A stretch of 64,000 nucleotides of DNA from an uncultured bacterium (GCA_943841495.1 CALSYL010000003.1:283294-347293), one strand, 5' to 3'. Positions 20,848-32,056 are shown, counted from the first letter of the stretch. Notes: a model not told the origin generated them from the letters alone. Numbers and translations: made by a program.

Positions 20848-21594
20848 ATGAAGTCATTTCTACTATTAATACTATCTTTTTTTGTCATTAGTTGTGGAAT
20901 AAATAATCCATTCGATGACAACATTCCTTACAAGACCCGATTTGATGATGGTCTAGCTTTTTTTGAGGAAGATAAATATGTTAAAGCGTCTCAACAGTTT
21001 AATATTATAGTTGAAAGAGCTTCTCATACTGACCTTGGCGATGATGCACTTTTTTTTCTAGCTGAATCATACTTCTTAAACGAAGATTATGATTTGGCCT
21101 TAATTGAGTTTGAAAAGCTAGTATCGAGAATGGGTTTTAGTCCATACATAGAAAAATCTAGATGGCGTATATGCGAAACGTTAATGTTGCTTTCTCCTAA
21201 CTTCTATCATGATCAAGATTCCAGTAGAAAAGCGATATCGCAAATTCAAGAATTTCTGGATGATTTTCCTAATTCTGAATACTCTAAAGATGCCGATAAT
21301 TTGATCAAGGAGTTAAGATCTAGGTTAGCTGAAAAAAATATGGAAACTGGAAAGCTTTATGTCAAGCTCAAAGCTTATGATTCTGCTATCGTTTCTTATA
21401 AGATTGTCATCAATGATTTTTATGATACTAAATTTTTTGAAGAAGCTAATATTGAAGTAATAAGATGTTTATCTCTTTTAAACAAAAAAGATGAAGCAGA
21501 ACAATTCTTAATAGATCTCGAAAAGAATGAAAAGTCAGTTGTAACCGATTCATTCAAAAAGAAGGCATTAGGCGTTATTAAAAATAACTCTTAG
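20848..21594 (+). CDS. bamD: outer membrane protein assembly factor BamD
   Basis: Lipoprotein signal LLILSFFVISCG from ATG 20848; TPR-like helices (FEEDKYVKASQQFNIIV, DALFFLAESYF); about 248 aa. Confidence 0.7.
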   Translation: MKSFLLLILSFFVISCGINNPFDDNIPYKTRFDDGLAFFEEDKYVKASQQFNIIVERASHTDLGDDALFFLAESYFLNEDYDLALIEFEKLVSRMGFSPYIEKSRWRICETLMLLSPNFYHDQDSSRKAISQIQEFLDDFPNSEYSKDADNLIKELRSRLAEKNMETGKLYVKLKAYDSAIVSYKIVINDFYDTKFFEEANIEVIRCLSLLNKKDEAEQFLIDLEKNEKSVVTDSFKKKALGVIKNNS

Positions 21595-21613
21595 CTATAC
21601 AAGGGAGACTTTA

Positions 21614-22195
21614 ATGAAAACATGTATTTTTGGCGGCACTTTTGACCCTCCTCACATTGGTCATCTCTTAATTGCACAAACTATCATTGAATCTGAAAAC
21701 TTTGAAAGACTAATCTTCTTACCAGCATATCTATCTCCAGTAAAACAAGGAAGAAAAATCTCTGCTCCAGAAAAAAGACTTAAAATGCTAAATATGGCTC
21801 TTTTGAATAATGATAATTTTGAAATATCAGATTTTGAAATAAAAAAAGAAGATATTAGTTATACAATTGATTCAATTAGATATTTCAGTGAAGAATTAAG
21901 TATAGATAAAAAAGACCTTTATTTTTTGATGGGAAGCGACACTCTGATGGACTTCCATAACTGGAAAAAGCCTAAAGAAATTTTAGACTTATGCAATATT
22001 GTAGTTGCAACTAGACCAGGATTTACACCAAGCAATATTCCTCAATGGGTTTTAGATCGAGTTCATTTTGCAAATATCCCTCAATTTGAAATTTCTTCAA
22101 CAAACATTAGAGCTAGATGGAGAGATGGTAAGACTATTAGATATATGGTAACAAAAGAAGTTTGGGACTATATCAACAAAGATGGTTTGTACTAA
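21614..22195 (+). CDS. nadD: nicotinate-nucleotide adenylyltransferase
   Basis: GGTFDPPHIGHL (HxGH) and ISSTNIR motifs. Confidence 0.9.
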   Translation: MKTCIFGGTFDPPHIGHLLIAQTIIESENFERLIFLPAYLSPVKQGRKISAPEKRLKMLNMALLNNDNFEISDFEIKKEDISYTIDSIRYFSEELSIDKKDLYFLMGSDTLMDFHNWKKPKEILDLCNIVVATRPGFTPSNIPQWVLDRVHFANIPQFEISSTNIRARWRDGKTIRYMVTKEVWDYINKDGLY

Positions 22196-23124
22196 TGTTA
22201 AGTAGTTTATTCTTCTTAACAATAGGCTCACTTGGTCTTTATTTTGGCTCCGAATGGTTGGTAGATGGAGCAAAGGATTTAGCAAAAAAATTCAATGTTT
22301 CTGATTTAGTTATTGGATTGACTATTGTATCAATTGGTACTTCATTTCCTGAGCTTGTTGTTGGTTTAATTAGCGCATTTCAAGGTTATACAGATTTTGT
22401 TGTTGGAAATGTTTTAGGGTCAAATATAGCAAATATTGGACTTGCTATAGGCCTTCCTGCATTTTTTTATAAAATTGACTTCAATTTAAAGGGAGCAATA
22501 GCCCCTTTTGTATATAATTTATTAGCATGTCTTATGTTGTACATTTTTTTACAAGATAATTTAATTTCTTTTGTTGAGGCTCAGGCTTTGCTCCTAGTAT
22601 TCTTTGTCTATATAATAGCTAGTTTTTTGAGGCCAAATTTTACATCATGTGATGGAGAGCTTGAAAATGAAAAAGAGCCATGCTTGAAAAAATCAGTTGG
22701 AAGGATAATTGCCGGATCTGTTATTTTATATTTCGGATCAAAGTTGTTTGTTGATAATGGAGCAATTCCTCTTGTAGAAATCTTTGGTTTTTCTGAAAAA
22801 GCTATTGGAATGACAGTAGTTGCTATTGGTACATCTTTACCAGAACTTTTTGTAACACTGATGGCTTTATCCAAGAAAGAAGTGGGAATTTCTTTAGGAA
22901 ACATTATTGGCTCTAATATTTTTAATATTTTCTTTGTTCTAGCAACAATAGCCCTTATTACTCCTATTGAAGCTTCAAACGTGATCTTTGAATTGTTGCT
23001 TGGAGTTGGTTTTTTATTATCATTAATGTTGTTCATTTATCTCTATAATGGTTTAAACAAGATTACAGCTGCTATTTTGTTTATTGGGTATTTAACTTTC
23101 CTTTATTTACAGTTTTATGGTTGA
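22195..23124 (+). CDS. Ca2+/cation antiporter (CaCA family)
   Basis: Two alpha-repeats GTSFPELVV and GTSLPELFV; about 10 TM; ATG 22195 overlaps the nadD stop. Confidence 0.8.
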   Translation: MLSSLFFLTIGSLGLYFGSEWLVDGAKDLAKKFNVSDLVIGLTIVSIGTSFPELVVGLISAFQGYTDFVVGNVLGSNIANIGLAIGLPAFFYKIDFNLKGAIAPFVYNLLACLMLYIFLQDNLISFVEAQALLLVFFVYIIASFLRPNFTSCDGELENEKEPCLKKSVGRIIAGSVILYFGSKLFVDNGAIPLVEIFGFSEKAIGMTVVAIGTSLPELFVTLMALSKKEVGISLGNIIGSNIFNIFFVLATIALITPIEASNVIFELLLGVGFLLSLMLFIYLYNGLNKITAAILFIGYLTFLYLQFYG

Positions 23125-23770
23125 ATTCAAGAATACTTCATTTAACTATTCCAAACAGTCGGGTGTTTATGATATTAACCTAAGTATTAATGAAAATGAA
23201 TTCTGCTTTTTAGTTGGACCAACAGGTTCAGGAAAAACTAGTCTTTTAAAGTTGATGTATTTTGATATTATTCCTTCAAAAGGAGAAGTGAACATTCTTG
23301 GATTTAATTCAAAAAAAACAAAGCTAAGAAATGTGCACAAACTTAGAAAAAAAATTGGAGTAATTTTTCAAGACTATAAACTTCTTCAACAAAGAACTGT
23401 CTATGAAAATATTGCTCTGCCATTGCACATAAATGGTTTAGGAAGAACGAAAATTAAAGAAAATGTAAGTGAAGCGCTTGAGCTAACAGACCTTACTGAT
23501 TTTCAAAGCAAATATCCTCATCAATTATCTGGAGGTGAACAGCAAAGAGTTTGCATTGCAAGAGCTATTGTAAAAAATCCAGAAATAATATTAGCTGATG
23601 AACCAACTGGCAATCTTGACCCTACAGCAGCCCATAAGATTTTAAAAATTCTTGAACAAATTAATAAGGAGGGAACTTCAGTAATTATGGCAACACATAA
23701 TTATAAATTGATTGCTGAAAAAGAGTATAGAATAATTGAGCTAAAGAATGGGAGGTTGATAAGCGGATGA
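23117..23770 (+). CDS. ftsE: cell division ATP-binding protein FtsE
   Basis: Walker A GPTGSGKTS, signature LSGGEQQR, Walker B ILADEPTGNLD; followed by ftsX. Confidence 0.85.
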   Translation: MVEFKNTSFNYSKQSGVYDINLSINENEFCFLVGPTGSGKTSLLKLMYFDIIPSKGEVNILGFNSKKTKLRNVHKLRKKIGVIFQDYKLLQQRTVYENIALPLHINGLGRTKIKENVSEALELTDLTDFQSKYPHQLSGGEQQRVCIARAIVKNPEIILADEPTGNLDPTAAHKILKILEQINKEGTSVIMATHNYKLIAEKEYRIIELKNGRLISG

Positions 23771-24627
23771 TTGATCAGTTTGCATTTTTAATCTCAGAGG
23801 GTTTTAAAAATTTTTTTAGAAATAAATTAGCTAGCTTTCTCTGTATTATAACAATTTTTATCAACTTTTCAATATTGGGATCTCTCTTTGTAGTTGGTTT
23901 TAATACCAATTCTTTAATTGATTTTTTTAGGTCTAAATACACTTTTGAAATTTTTCTAGAAAATGAGACCCAACCGAGCACATATGAAGCATTTGTTGAA
24001 CAATTAAATACTGATAAAATTATATCTAATGTCAAGTTGATTGACAAAGAAGAGTCAGCCAAGATATTTGAAAAAGAGTTTGGCGAAGATGTTGTAGAAA
24101 TGCTTGGATATAATCCATTGCCCATTTCAATCAAGGTTTTTTTAAGTGAAAAAGATTTTGAGTTTGAAAAAGTAAATTCTCTAATTAGCACTATTGAGAA
24201 TATGGATTTTGTGGATGAGATAGAGTATAGAGGAAAATATATTGATCAGATGGAAGATAGAATCAATCTTGCTATTTTTATATTCCTTGTTTTTGTGGTT
24301 GCTATTATTTTTCTATCCATTCAAATTATTTCAAATACAGTTAAACTCTCAATGTCCAATAGGAAAGATTTTATTAATATATTGAAGTATAATGGCGCCT
24401 CTCGCTTTTTTATAAAAACGCCTTTTTATATAGAGAGTATTTTACAATCTATTTTCGGAGGACTCTTAGCCTTTATTTTTGTTAAATATTGTTTTGTAGG
24501 GTTTAATTCTTATTTTGGTTTGAACGTAAAGTTAGATGAATTTTTATGGATTTGGATTATTGGATTTTCAATATTTATTGGCATATATTCTGCAAATCAA
24601 TCAATGAAAAGAAATTTGAATGAATAA
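23767..24627 (+). CDS. ftsX: cell division permease-like protein FtsX
   Basis: TM, large loop, then three TM; ATGA overlap with ftsE. Confidence 0.75.
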   Translation: MIDQFAFLISEGFKNFFRNKLASFLCIITIFINFSILGSLFVVGFNTNSLIDFFRSKYTFEIFLENETQPSTYEAFVEQLNTDKIISNVKLIDKEESAKIFEKEFGEDVVEMLGYNPLPISIKVFLSEKDFEFEKVNSLISTIENMDFVDEIEYRGKYIDQMEDRINLAIFIFLVFVVAIIFLSIQIISNTVKLSMSNRKDFINILKYNGASRFFIKTPFYIESILQSIFGGLLAFIFVKYCFVGFNSYFGLNVKLDEFLWIWIIGFSIFIGIYSANQSMKRNLNE

Positions 24628-25120
24628 AAAAAGTAAAAACGGGGTAGAAGCTCCTAAAAAAACTTCAGCTAATAAGAAGCTTACCAAAAAAGATTTGGAG
24701 CTTGCTTTAGCCAGTTTTGAAGACAAACAGCTACGTTTAAAAGCTGAATTCGATAATTTTCGAAAAAGAAAAGAAGCTGAAGTTTCTTCTTTGCTTAGAT
24801 ATGAAGGTAAAAATTTTATTTTAGATTTTTTATCTGTTCTAGATAATATATCCAGGGGAATTGAATCTTATAAAGATGAGGAGTCTAAAAAAGCTTTAAG
24901 TATGGTAAGAAATGATTTTCTCAAAAAATTAGAATCAAAGCAGGTAATACCTTTTGGTAAAATCGGAGATTCTTTTGACCCAGAATTGCATGAAGCTTTA
25001 ACAACATCCAATGATCCAAAAGTCGATGATGATACAATTGTTGAAGTCTACGAATCTGGTTACAAATATAAAGATTTGATTATCAGGCATGCGAAAGTTG
25101 TGGTCAACAAACATGGCTGA
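24620..25120 (+). CDS. grpE: nucleotide exchange factor GrpE
   Basis: [15 protein letters not shown] and C-terminal [16 protein letters not shown]. Confidence 0.9.
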   Translation: MNKKSKNGVEAPKKTSANKKLTKKDLELALASFEDKQLRLKAEFDNFRKRKEAEVSSLLRYEGKNFILDFLSVLDNISRGIESYKDEESKKALSMVRNDFLKKLESKQVIPFGKIGDSFDPELHEALTTSNDPKVDDDTIVEVYESGYKYKDLIIRHAKVVVNKHG

Positions 25121-26195
25121 TTTTTATGATATACTAGGTGTCTCTAAATCTGCTAGTGCCAATGAAATTAAAAGAGCATACCGTAAAATAGCTATGAAAT
25201 TTCATCCTGATAGAAATCCGGATAATAAAGAAGCTGAAAAGAAATTTAAAGAAGCAGCTGAAGCCTATTCTGTCTTGAGCGATGATAGTAAAAAAAGACA
25301 ATATGATCAATTTGGACACTCAGCATACAATAATATGGGCGGACAATCTGGCTTTAATTCAATGAATATGGATGATATATTTAATCAGTTTGGCGACATT
25401 TTTGGAGGAAATAATCCTTTTGAATCTTTTTTTGGAGGAGGAAGGAGAGCTTCAGCTAGACCTAGAGCAGGAGCAGACTTAAAAGTTAAAATAAAGGTTT
25501 CCTATAAAGAGATAGTCAATGGCGGTGAAAAGAAAATTAAAATTAAAAAAATGAAACCCGCTGAAGGATTAACGCTTACAACATGTTCAATGTGCGGTGG
25601 TTCTGGGCAGGTTACTAAGGTAACTAATTCATTTCTTGGGCAAATGAGATCTTCTTCTGTATGCCCACAATGTAGTGGGTATGGAAAGCAGCCTACTAAT
25701 ATTCCTTCCGGCGCTAATAGAGATGGTATGGTTTCAGTTGAAGAAACTTTAAAAATCAAAATTCCGTCAGGAGTTGAAGATGGTAATTACATGACTTTGG
25801 ATGGACAGGGCAGTGAAGATTTAAATGGAAGAGCTGGAGATTTATATGTGTTTTTTGAAGAAGAGATTCACGAATATTTTTCTAGATACGGAAATGATGT
25901 ATTATTGCAACTCGTACTAGGTTATTCTCAAGCTGTTTTCGGAGATAAAATTGATATTCCTACTATTGACGGTACTGCTAAGCTTAAAATTCCTTCTGGT
26001 ATACAGCCTGGTCAAATTTTGAGAGTAAAAGGTAAGGGTTTTCCTATGATGGGAAGCACTCGAAGAGGTGATCAGTTGGTGAAGATTCAAGTGGACGTTC
26101 CTTCAAAGATGGATAAAGACGAAAAAAAGTCAACAGAAGAGCTATTAAAAATTCAAAAAAATAAGGAAATTAAATTTCAAAAATTTGAGGATTAA
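25113..26195 (+). CDS. dnaJ: molecular chaperone DnaJ
   Basis: J domain DFYDILGV...HPDRNP, G/F-rich linker, only two CxxCxGxG motifs ([16 protein letters not shown]), C-terminal domains; start at ATG 25113. Confidence 0.95.
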   Translation: MADFYDILGVSKSASANEIKRAYRKIAMKFHPDRNPDNKEAEKKFKEAAEAYSVLSDDSKKRQYDQFGHSAYNNMGGQSGFNSMNMDDIFNQFGDIFGGNNPFESFFGGGRRASARPRAGADLKVKIKVSYKEIVNGGEKKIKIKKMKPAEGLTLTTCSMCGGSGQVTKVTNSFLGQMRSSSVCPQCSGYGKQPTNIPSGANRDGMVSVEETLKIKIPSGVEDGNYMTLDGQGSEDLNGRAGDLYVFFEEEIHEYFSRYGNDVLLQLVLGYSQAVFGDKIDIPTIDGTAKLKIPSGIQPGQILRVKGKGFPMMGSTRRGDQLVKIQVDVPSKMDKDEKKSTEELLKIQKNKEIKFQKFED

Positions 26196-26241
26196 TATAT
26201 TGCTATAATGATGAATTATTGTAAATTCGGTGGAGCCAAAA

Positions 26242-27027
26242 ATGAATAAAGCAAAACAAAAATTTTTTAACGACTATCTTGAAGTAATTACCTTCTTTAT
26301 TTTCATTCTTACCCTTTTAGTTATTTTTATTCCTAGCTTTATTTGGGAAGAAGAAGATATGTATAAAAATGAAAGTCGTTATCGTATGCAAACTGTTTAT
26401 AATGTTGAAAATTTTCATAATATTTTAACTGGTAGTTACGAGGCTGATGGAAAGAAAGCAGTAACATTAGTTAACGCTGTTAGAGATTCTGTTATGGCAG
26501 ACTCAACATTTCTTGGAGAGCAAACTGTAAAATTGAATGGCGAAGAGTTTTTAGTGGATGTTCCTAAAGGGTTTGATGTTGAATATGACACTACTTTTGG
26601 TTTAAGAAGAGTTTCTAAAGAAACCATAGTAGATACAACAGTTACAATTTTAATGATGTCTGAAGAAACTGGAATGGAAGATACAGTGTATGTTCAAAAG
26701 AGAAACCTTTTTGAGGTGAAACAAGACCCACTTTTTATAGGTGTTGTTGCTGAAAATACATTCGAAAGAGTTGAAACGGTTTCTTATTTCGATAGAAGTT
26801 TTAGAAAAGAGACTGCTCCTTACAACTTTGCTTTTCTTCCAGATGATACACAGTTTTATTGTCCATTAACTGGCGATCCATATATTATTGAAATCAATGA
26901 TGAAGGAAATTCCGTTAGAGTTTCAAGCCCAATACGTTCTTATCGCGATAATAGATATGGCTTTTTTGCACTAAAAACAAGAAGTCATGGATATATAATT
27001 GATGGTACTAGAAGCTGGGATAATTAG
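26242..27027 (+). CDS. hypothetical membrane-anchored protein
   Basis: Single N-terminal TM (VITFFIFILTLLVIFIPSFIW) followed by a soluble domain; no motif recognised. Confidence 0.4.
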   Translation: MNKAKQKFFNDYLEVITFFIFILTLLVIFIPSFIWEEEDMYKNESRYRMQTVYNVENFHNILTGSYEADGKKAVTLVNAVRDSVMADSTFLGEQTVKLNGEEFLVDVPKGFDVEYDTTFGLRRVSKETIVDTTVTILMMSEETGMEDTVYVQKRNLFEVKQDPLFIGVVAENTFERVETVSYFDRSFRKETAPYNFAFLPDDTQFYCPLTGDPYIIEINDEGNSVRVSSPIRSYRDNRYGFFALKTRSHGYIIDGTRSWDN

Positions 27028-27031
27028 TTGA

Positions 27032-28426
27032 TTGCTTTACTTTTTAATAGATAATACTTCACTATCTGTTTATAATCATACAAATAACAAGCAGAGCCTT
27101 GCTTTAGCTGATAAAGTAAAATTTCATATACCATTATTAAAAATTCTTAATAATTCAAAAAAACTTAATTCAGTTATTGCAAGATCTTTAGATGAAATTA
27201 GCGAAAAAGTATCTTTAACCAATAACAGAGCCTCTATTATTATTGATGATATGCTTTTAAGTCATTCTGTTATAATTAAATCAAAAAAATATAAAACTAT
27301 TGATGAACAGCTTAAAAAAGAGTCTAATCTAAAATGGGGGAATGTTGCTGCAAACCTATATTTTGTATCTGAAGAAAAAAAATCTCCTAAAAATGTATAC
27401 CATTCTGTTGCTCTTCATCATTTTTTAAGAGAAAAAATTAAGTTAAACTTTAATAATTTTGGAATGAATATTAACTATTTAGTTCCTCTATCTTCGATTT
27501 TAACCTCAGGATTAAAGTCATCTCAGTTTGCAGTGATTAAGAATGGAAAAAAATTCACATTTTTTGGTAATACTAGAAAAGGATTTATGTTTTTTAAAGC
27601 CAACTTTTCTGGACCAAGAAAAAGCTTTGAAAAGATTATAGGCTTATTAGACTTGCCAAAAATACAGCTTAAAGACTTAGATAAGAGCAGTTTAAAATTC
27701 ATATTCTTTAATAGATTAAAAATAGTCGAATATTTAGCTAATTTTGTATTAAGCGATGTCCCATTATTAAATTTTGCAGAAACTAATAGAGCTCAGATCG
27801 TAGGTGGAAAAAATAATTCAATTTTAAAAACATTTAGACCGCCAAATAATAGTTTTGATTATACAAATCTTATTAAAAATATTTCTTCAGGCATAATATC
27901 ATTATTATTTCTTACCCTTATAATTTCTTTTTTTTATGATTATGAATTTTTAGATATGGATGAAGAGGTTAGTGTTAGACTTGATAAAGAAAATCTAGAG
28001 CCCTTGTCTACAAGAGATCTTGCTTTAAATTCTTCATTAGAAATTATAAAAAAAATAGAGATTGTGATGAATAGCACAGATAAGGTAGACAGTTTTATCA
28101 TCTCCGAAAATATTTTTAATATTAATGATCAGAAAGTTGAATTCAATAACAGTTCATTTAAAAGAATTCAAAGCAATGCAAGCGGAAGTTATAATGAGTT
28201 ACTAGTTAAATTTTTCGAGATAGAAAACAATTTAAAGTTTAAAGTTTTTGATTCTATGTTTGATAACCAAAATGCCAAAAATCTTGTGCTTAAATTCGAT
28301 AAGAATGATAATATTCTTGAAATTATAAGTGAAATTAAAAGCTTTAATAATATGATTGTTAAAAAAGCAAGCTTCAGCAAAGAGAAGGAAAGTTTGCATT
28401 TGTATATAACTATTATTGAGTCATGA
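27032..28426 (+). CDS. hypothetical protein with a central TM segment
   Basis: 464-aa ORF (TTG start as listed), Lys/Asn-rich, one hydrophobic segment GIISLLFLTLIISFFY near residue 290; no motif recognised. Confidence 0.4.
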   Translation: MLYFLIDNTSLSVYNHTNNKQSLALADKVKFHIPLLKILNNSKKLNSVIARSLDEISEKVSLTNNRASIIIDDMLLSHSVIIKSKKYKTIDEQLKKESNLKWGNVAANLYFVSEEKKSPKNVYHSVALHHFLREKIKLNFNNFGMNINYLVPLSSILTSGLKSSQFAVIKNGKKFTFFGNTRKGFMFFKANFSGPRKSFEKIIGLLDLPKIQLKDLDKSSLKFIFFNRLKIVEYLANFVLSDVPLLNFAETNRAQIVGGKNNSILKTFRPPNNSFDYTNLIKNISSGIISLLFLTLIISFFYDYEFLDMDEEVSVRLDKENLEPLSTRDLALNSSLEIIKKIEIVMNSTDKVDSFIISENIFNINDQKVEFNNSSFKRIQSNASGSYNELLVKFFEIENNLKFKVFDSMFDNQNAKNLVLKFDKNDNILEIISEIKSFNNMIVKKASFSKEKESLHLYITIIES

Positions 28427-28929
28427 AGATTAATTCCGGAATCTTTAAGAATATTTCGCTAGATATTCAAAAAAATTCCAATTTTAGGCCAACCACTGCT
28501 ATTTGTAGAAAAAGTATTTTTGATACAATAGGCTTAATTGAAGGAAAGTCATTTTTAGATCTTTTTTCAGGGTCAGGAATAATTGGTTTTGAAGCTGCAA
28601 GCAAAGGAGCTAAAAATGTTTCTTTTGTAGAAATGAATAGAAAATACCTTAATCAGATTATTGATAATTCTAAAAAAATTGACTATAAAAATTTTACCTT
28701 TCTAAGAAGAGATGTTCAACGTTTTATCAAAAAATGTGATAGCTTTGATATCATTTTTGCAGACCCTCCTTATAACATATATGATGTTAATCTCTTTGTA
28801 GAAAATGCACTTACAAAAGTAAATAAAGGTGGATTTCTTGTGGTTGAATGCTCTGCAAAGGAATCGCTTGAAGGATACGATAAAATTGCTAAATTCGGGG
28901 AGACAAATTTAGTGTATTGGAAAGTATGA
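28423..28929 (+). CDS. rsmD: 16S rRNA (guanine966-N2)-methyltransferase RsmD
   Basis: SAM-binding LDLFSGSGIIGFEA and FADPPY. Confidence 0.8.
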   Translation: MKINSGIFKNISLDIQKNSNFRPTTAICRKSIFDTIGLIEGKSFLDLFSGSGIIGFEAASKGAKNVSFVEMNRKYLNQIIDNSKKIDYKNFTFLRRDVQRFIKKCDSFDIIFADPPYNIYDVNLFVENALTKVNKGGFLVVECSAKESLEGYDKIAKFGETNLVYWKV

Positions 28930-29411
28930 AAAGAATAATATATCCAGGAACTTTTGACCCTATTCACTACGGTCACATCGATATAGCCAAGCGCGCATCA
29001 AAGTTATTTGATGAGGTATATATTTGCGTTTCTGACAATCAGCGTAAAAATCCTCTTTTTACACACAAAGAAAGAGTAGAGATGATTCAAGAATGCACCA
29101 GCGATCTTGATAACGTTTCAGCTTATTCAAACCCAAATAATTTAGTAGTTAATTTTGCAGACAATAAAGATGCAATTGCTATAATTCGAGGATTAAGACA
29201 TGTTAGTGATTTTGAGCTAGAGTTTCAGATGGCAAATGTTAATCATGGAATCAACCCTGAAATCTCAACCATTTTAATGGTTTCAAATGAAAGATTTCTG
29301 CACTTAAATTCCAGCATTATTAGAGAATTGGCCGAATACAAAACAGACTTATCTAAATTTGTTCCAAAAAGCGTTGAAGATAGATTAATAGAAAAATTTA
29401 AGGGAAAATAA
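28926..29411 (+). CDS. coaD: phosphopantetheine adenylyltransferase
   Basis: [15 protein letters not shown]; ATGA overlap with rsmD at 28926. Confidence 0.9.
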   Translation: MKRIIYPGTFDPIHYGHIDIAKRASKLFDEVYICVSDNQRKNPLFTHKERVEMIQECTSDLDNVSAYSNPNNLVVNFADNKDAIAIIRGLRHVSDFELEFQMANVNHGINPEISTILMVSNERFLHLNSSIIRELAEYKTDLSKFVPKSVEDRLIEKFKGK

Positions 29412-30673
29412 TGCCAGAAAAAATTCAAATTAAAAACGATAAACTTATAGTGCCAGACAACCCAATAATTCCTTTTATTGAGGGAGATGGAATCGGTCCA
29501 GATATTTGGGCAGCATCTCAGCGTGTAATTGATGCAGCAGTTAAGCATGCATATCAAGGTTCTAAAAAAATTGAATGGCTTGAAGTTCTTTGTGGAGAAA
29601 AATCATTTAAAGATAGTGGTGAATGGCTTCCTGAAGCAACGCTAGAAACCTTAAGATCTCATTTAGTCGGTATTAAAGGTCCATTAACAACACCTATTGG
29701 AGGTGGAATTAGGTCTTTAAATGTTGCTCTTAGAAAAGAATTAGATTTATATGCATGCGTTAGACCAGTTAGATGGTATAATGGAACACCGGCAGCAATC
29801 CTTGATCCAAACAGAGTAGATTTTGTTTTATTTAGAGAAAACACGGAAGATGTTTATGCTGGGATTGAATTTGAAAATGGTAGCGATGAATCCAAAAAAA
29901 TTATTGAATTGATGGAGGAATTTGGACAAGCAAAGAAAATTAGATTTCCAGAATCTAGCTCATTTGGTTTAAAACCTATTTCAAAAGAAGGTTCCATTAG
30001 ATTATTTGATGCTGCTTTAAACTATGCCTTAGAAAACAATAGACAATCTGTCACTATTGTTCATAAAGGTAATATTATGAAGTTTACGGAAGGGTATTTT
30101 AAAAAATGGACATATGCTCATGCGGAAGAACATTATTCTGATAGAGTATTTACCTGGGCGCAATATGATAGAATTCAAGAAGAAAAAGGCACTGAAGCAG
30201 CCAATTCAGCTCAAGATAAAGCCGTAAAAGAAGGTAAGATCATTATTAAAGATGTTATTGCAGATGCGTTTTTGCAGCAAATTCTTCTAAGGCCCGATGA
30301 ATACGATGTTATCGCTACAATGAATCTCAATGGAGATTATATATCAGATTCTGCAGCTGCTGCAGTTGGTGGAATTGGAATTGCTCCTGGAGCAAATATA
30401 AATTATATCTCTGGTCATGCTATTTTTGAAGCTACTCATGGCACAGCCCCTAAATATGCGGGTCAAGATAAGGTAAATCCATCATCTGTAATTTTATCAG
30501 CAGTCATGATGTTGAATTATATGGGATGGAAAGAAGCAGCTGATTTAATTGAATCTGGACTTGAAAAAGCTATTTTCAATAAAAAAGTTACATACGATTT
30601 CCATCGATTGATGGATAATGCAACCTTGCTTAAATGTTCAGAATTTGGCGATGAAATTATTAGTAAATTTTAA
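29411..30673 (+). CDS. icd: NADP-dependent isocitrate dehydrogenase
   Basis: [40 protein letters not shown]; 420 aa. Confidence 0.95.
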   Translation: MPEKIQIKNDKLIVPDNPIIPFIEGDGIGPDIWAASQRVIDAAVKHAYQGSKKIEWLEVLCGEKSFKDSGEWLPEATLETLRSHLVGIKGPLTTPIGGGIRSLNVALRKELDLYACVRPVRWYNGTPAAILDPNRVDFVLFRENTEDVYAGIEFENGSDESKKIIELMEEFGQAKKIRFPESSSFGLKPISKEGSIRLFDAALNYALENNRQSVTIVHKGNIMKFTEGYFKKWTYAHAEEHYSDRVFTWAQYDRIQEEKGTEAANSAQDKAVKEGKIIIKDVIADAFLQQILLRPDEYDVIATMNLNGDYISDSAAAAVGGIGIAPGANINYISGHAIFEATHGTAPKYAGQDKVNPSSVILSAVMMLNYMGWKEAADLIESGLEKAIFNKKVTYDFHRLMDNATLLKCSEFGDEIISKF

Positions 30674-30682
30674 TTCTTTATT

Positions 30683-31654
30683 ATGTTTATCGATTATGCA
30701 AAAATTGAATTGCAAGCTGGCAACGGCGGTAATGGCGCTGTAGCTTTTCATAGAGAAAAGTATATCGATAAAGGCGGACCTAGCGGAGGAGACGGTGGTC
30801 GAGGAGGCGATATCGTGTTTCAAACAAATCCAAACCTCCATACATTGCAAGACATTCGTTATAAAAGAATGTATAAAGCGAAAAATGGACAGTCTGGCGG
30901 ATCTAACAAGCGTACAGGTAAATCAGGAGAAGATTTAATTATTCAAGTGCCTTGCGGTACAATAATCAAGAGCATTGAATCAAAATCAATTATAAAAGAC
31001 TTGGTTAAAGAAAATGAGTCTCATATTATTTGTCAAGGTGGAATTGGAGGAAAAGGCAATTTTCATTTTAAGTCTTCCACTCAACAAACTCCACGTTTTG
31101 CTCAAGAAGGCGTAAAAGGACAAAAGCTTTCAATCGAATTAGAACTTAAAGTGTTAGCAGATGTAGGATTGGTAGGCTTACCTAATGCTGGAAAATCTAC
31201 TTTATTGTCTGTTATGACTACTGCTAAACCTAAGATTGCTGATTATCCATTTACTACCTTACAACCTCACTTAGGTATTGTAAAATATGGCGAATATAAA
31301 TCGTTTGTTATGGCGGATATTCCTGGGTTAATTGAAGGAGCAAGTAAAGGTAAGGGCTTAGGTCATCAATTCTTAAAACACATTGAACGTAATAAAATAT
31401 TACTTTTTTTGATTGATGTAGAAGAAAAAAATCCCAACGATGTCTACAATCAACTATTAGATGAACTTGTTAATTTTAATAAAGATTTGCTTGATAAAGA
31501 TAGAATTGTTGTTAGAACCAAAATTGATACGATTTCAGAGGATGTAGATGAACGATGGAGTTCTTTTTCTGAAGAATTTATTGATATATCATCGGTATCA
31601 AATATTGGATTGAATACTTTAAAAGATAAGCTTGTATCTTTTCTATCGGCTTAA
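30683..31654 (+). CDS. obg: GTPase Obg/CgtA
   Basis: Obg-fold N-terminus FIDYAKIELQAGNGGNGAVAFHREKY...GGDGGRGGD; G1 GLPNAGKST, G3 DIPGLIEGA. Confidence 0.95.
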   Translation: MFIDYAKIELQAGNGGNGAVAFHREKYIDKGGPSGGDGGRGGDIVFQTNPNLHTLQDIRYKRMYKAKNGQSGGSNKRTGKSGEDLIIQVPCGTIIKSIESKSIIKDLVKENESHIICQGGIGGKGNFHFKSSTQQTPRFAQEGVKGQKLSIELELKVLADVGLVGLPNAGKSTLLSVMTTAKPKIADYPFTTLQPHLGIVKYGEYKSFVMADIPGLIEGASKGKGLGHQFLKHIERNKILLFLIDVEEKNPNDVYNQLLDELVNFNKDLLDKDRIVVRTKIDTISEDVDERWSSFSEEFIDISSVSNIGLNTLKDKLVSFLSA

Positions 31655-31683
31655 TAGTATTCCTAATGTAAATTTGATAGCTT

Positions 31684-31770
31684 GGAGAGGTGGCTGAGTG
31701 GCTGAAAGCGGCACCCTGCTAAGGTGTTATACTCGTAAGGGTATCGAGGGTTCGAATCCCTCTCTCTCCG
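31684..31770 (+). tRNA. tRNA-Ser (anticodon GCT)
   Basis: Hand-folded cloverleaf: acceptor GGAGAGG/TCTCTCC (G7-U66), 3-bp D stem, anticodon stem GCACC/GGTGT with loop CTGCTAA, long variable arm, T arm GAGGG-TTCGAAT-CCCTC. Confidence 0.9.
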
Positions 31771-31789
31771 CATTTTCTAAGAAATAGTT

Positions 31790-32056
31790 ATGATAATATC
31801 ATTTATAAAAAAAACTTTATATGTCATTTTTACAATCCCACTGCTTATTGTTATTTTAATAATTGGTTTGCCATTTAGAATGTTTAATAGAATTCCTCCA
31901 ATTACAAGATCAGTTATTCATAATCCTTATAGTATTTTTGTAGGGTTGCTTGAATTTATGGAATCAAAAATTGACCTTATTTTTAATATAATGGCAGCAA
32001 TATTTGTTTTAATATCACTATTTATTCTTATCACTTCACTATTCATTTCAGCTTAG
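31790..32056 (+). CDS. small hypothetical membrane protein
   Basis: 88 aa with two hydrophobic helices; no motif recognised. Confidence 0.4.
   Translation: MIISFIKKTLYVIFTIPLLIVILIIGLPFRMFNRIPPITRSVIHNPYSIFVGLLEFMESKIDLIFNIMAAIFVLISLFILITSLFISA

Noticed and set aside
22608-24191. Minus-strand ORFs 22608-23036 and 23775-24191
   Set aside because: They are antisense to the CaCA antiporter and ftsX respectively, and are typical AT-rich shadow ORFs.
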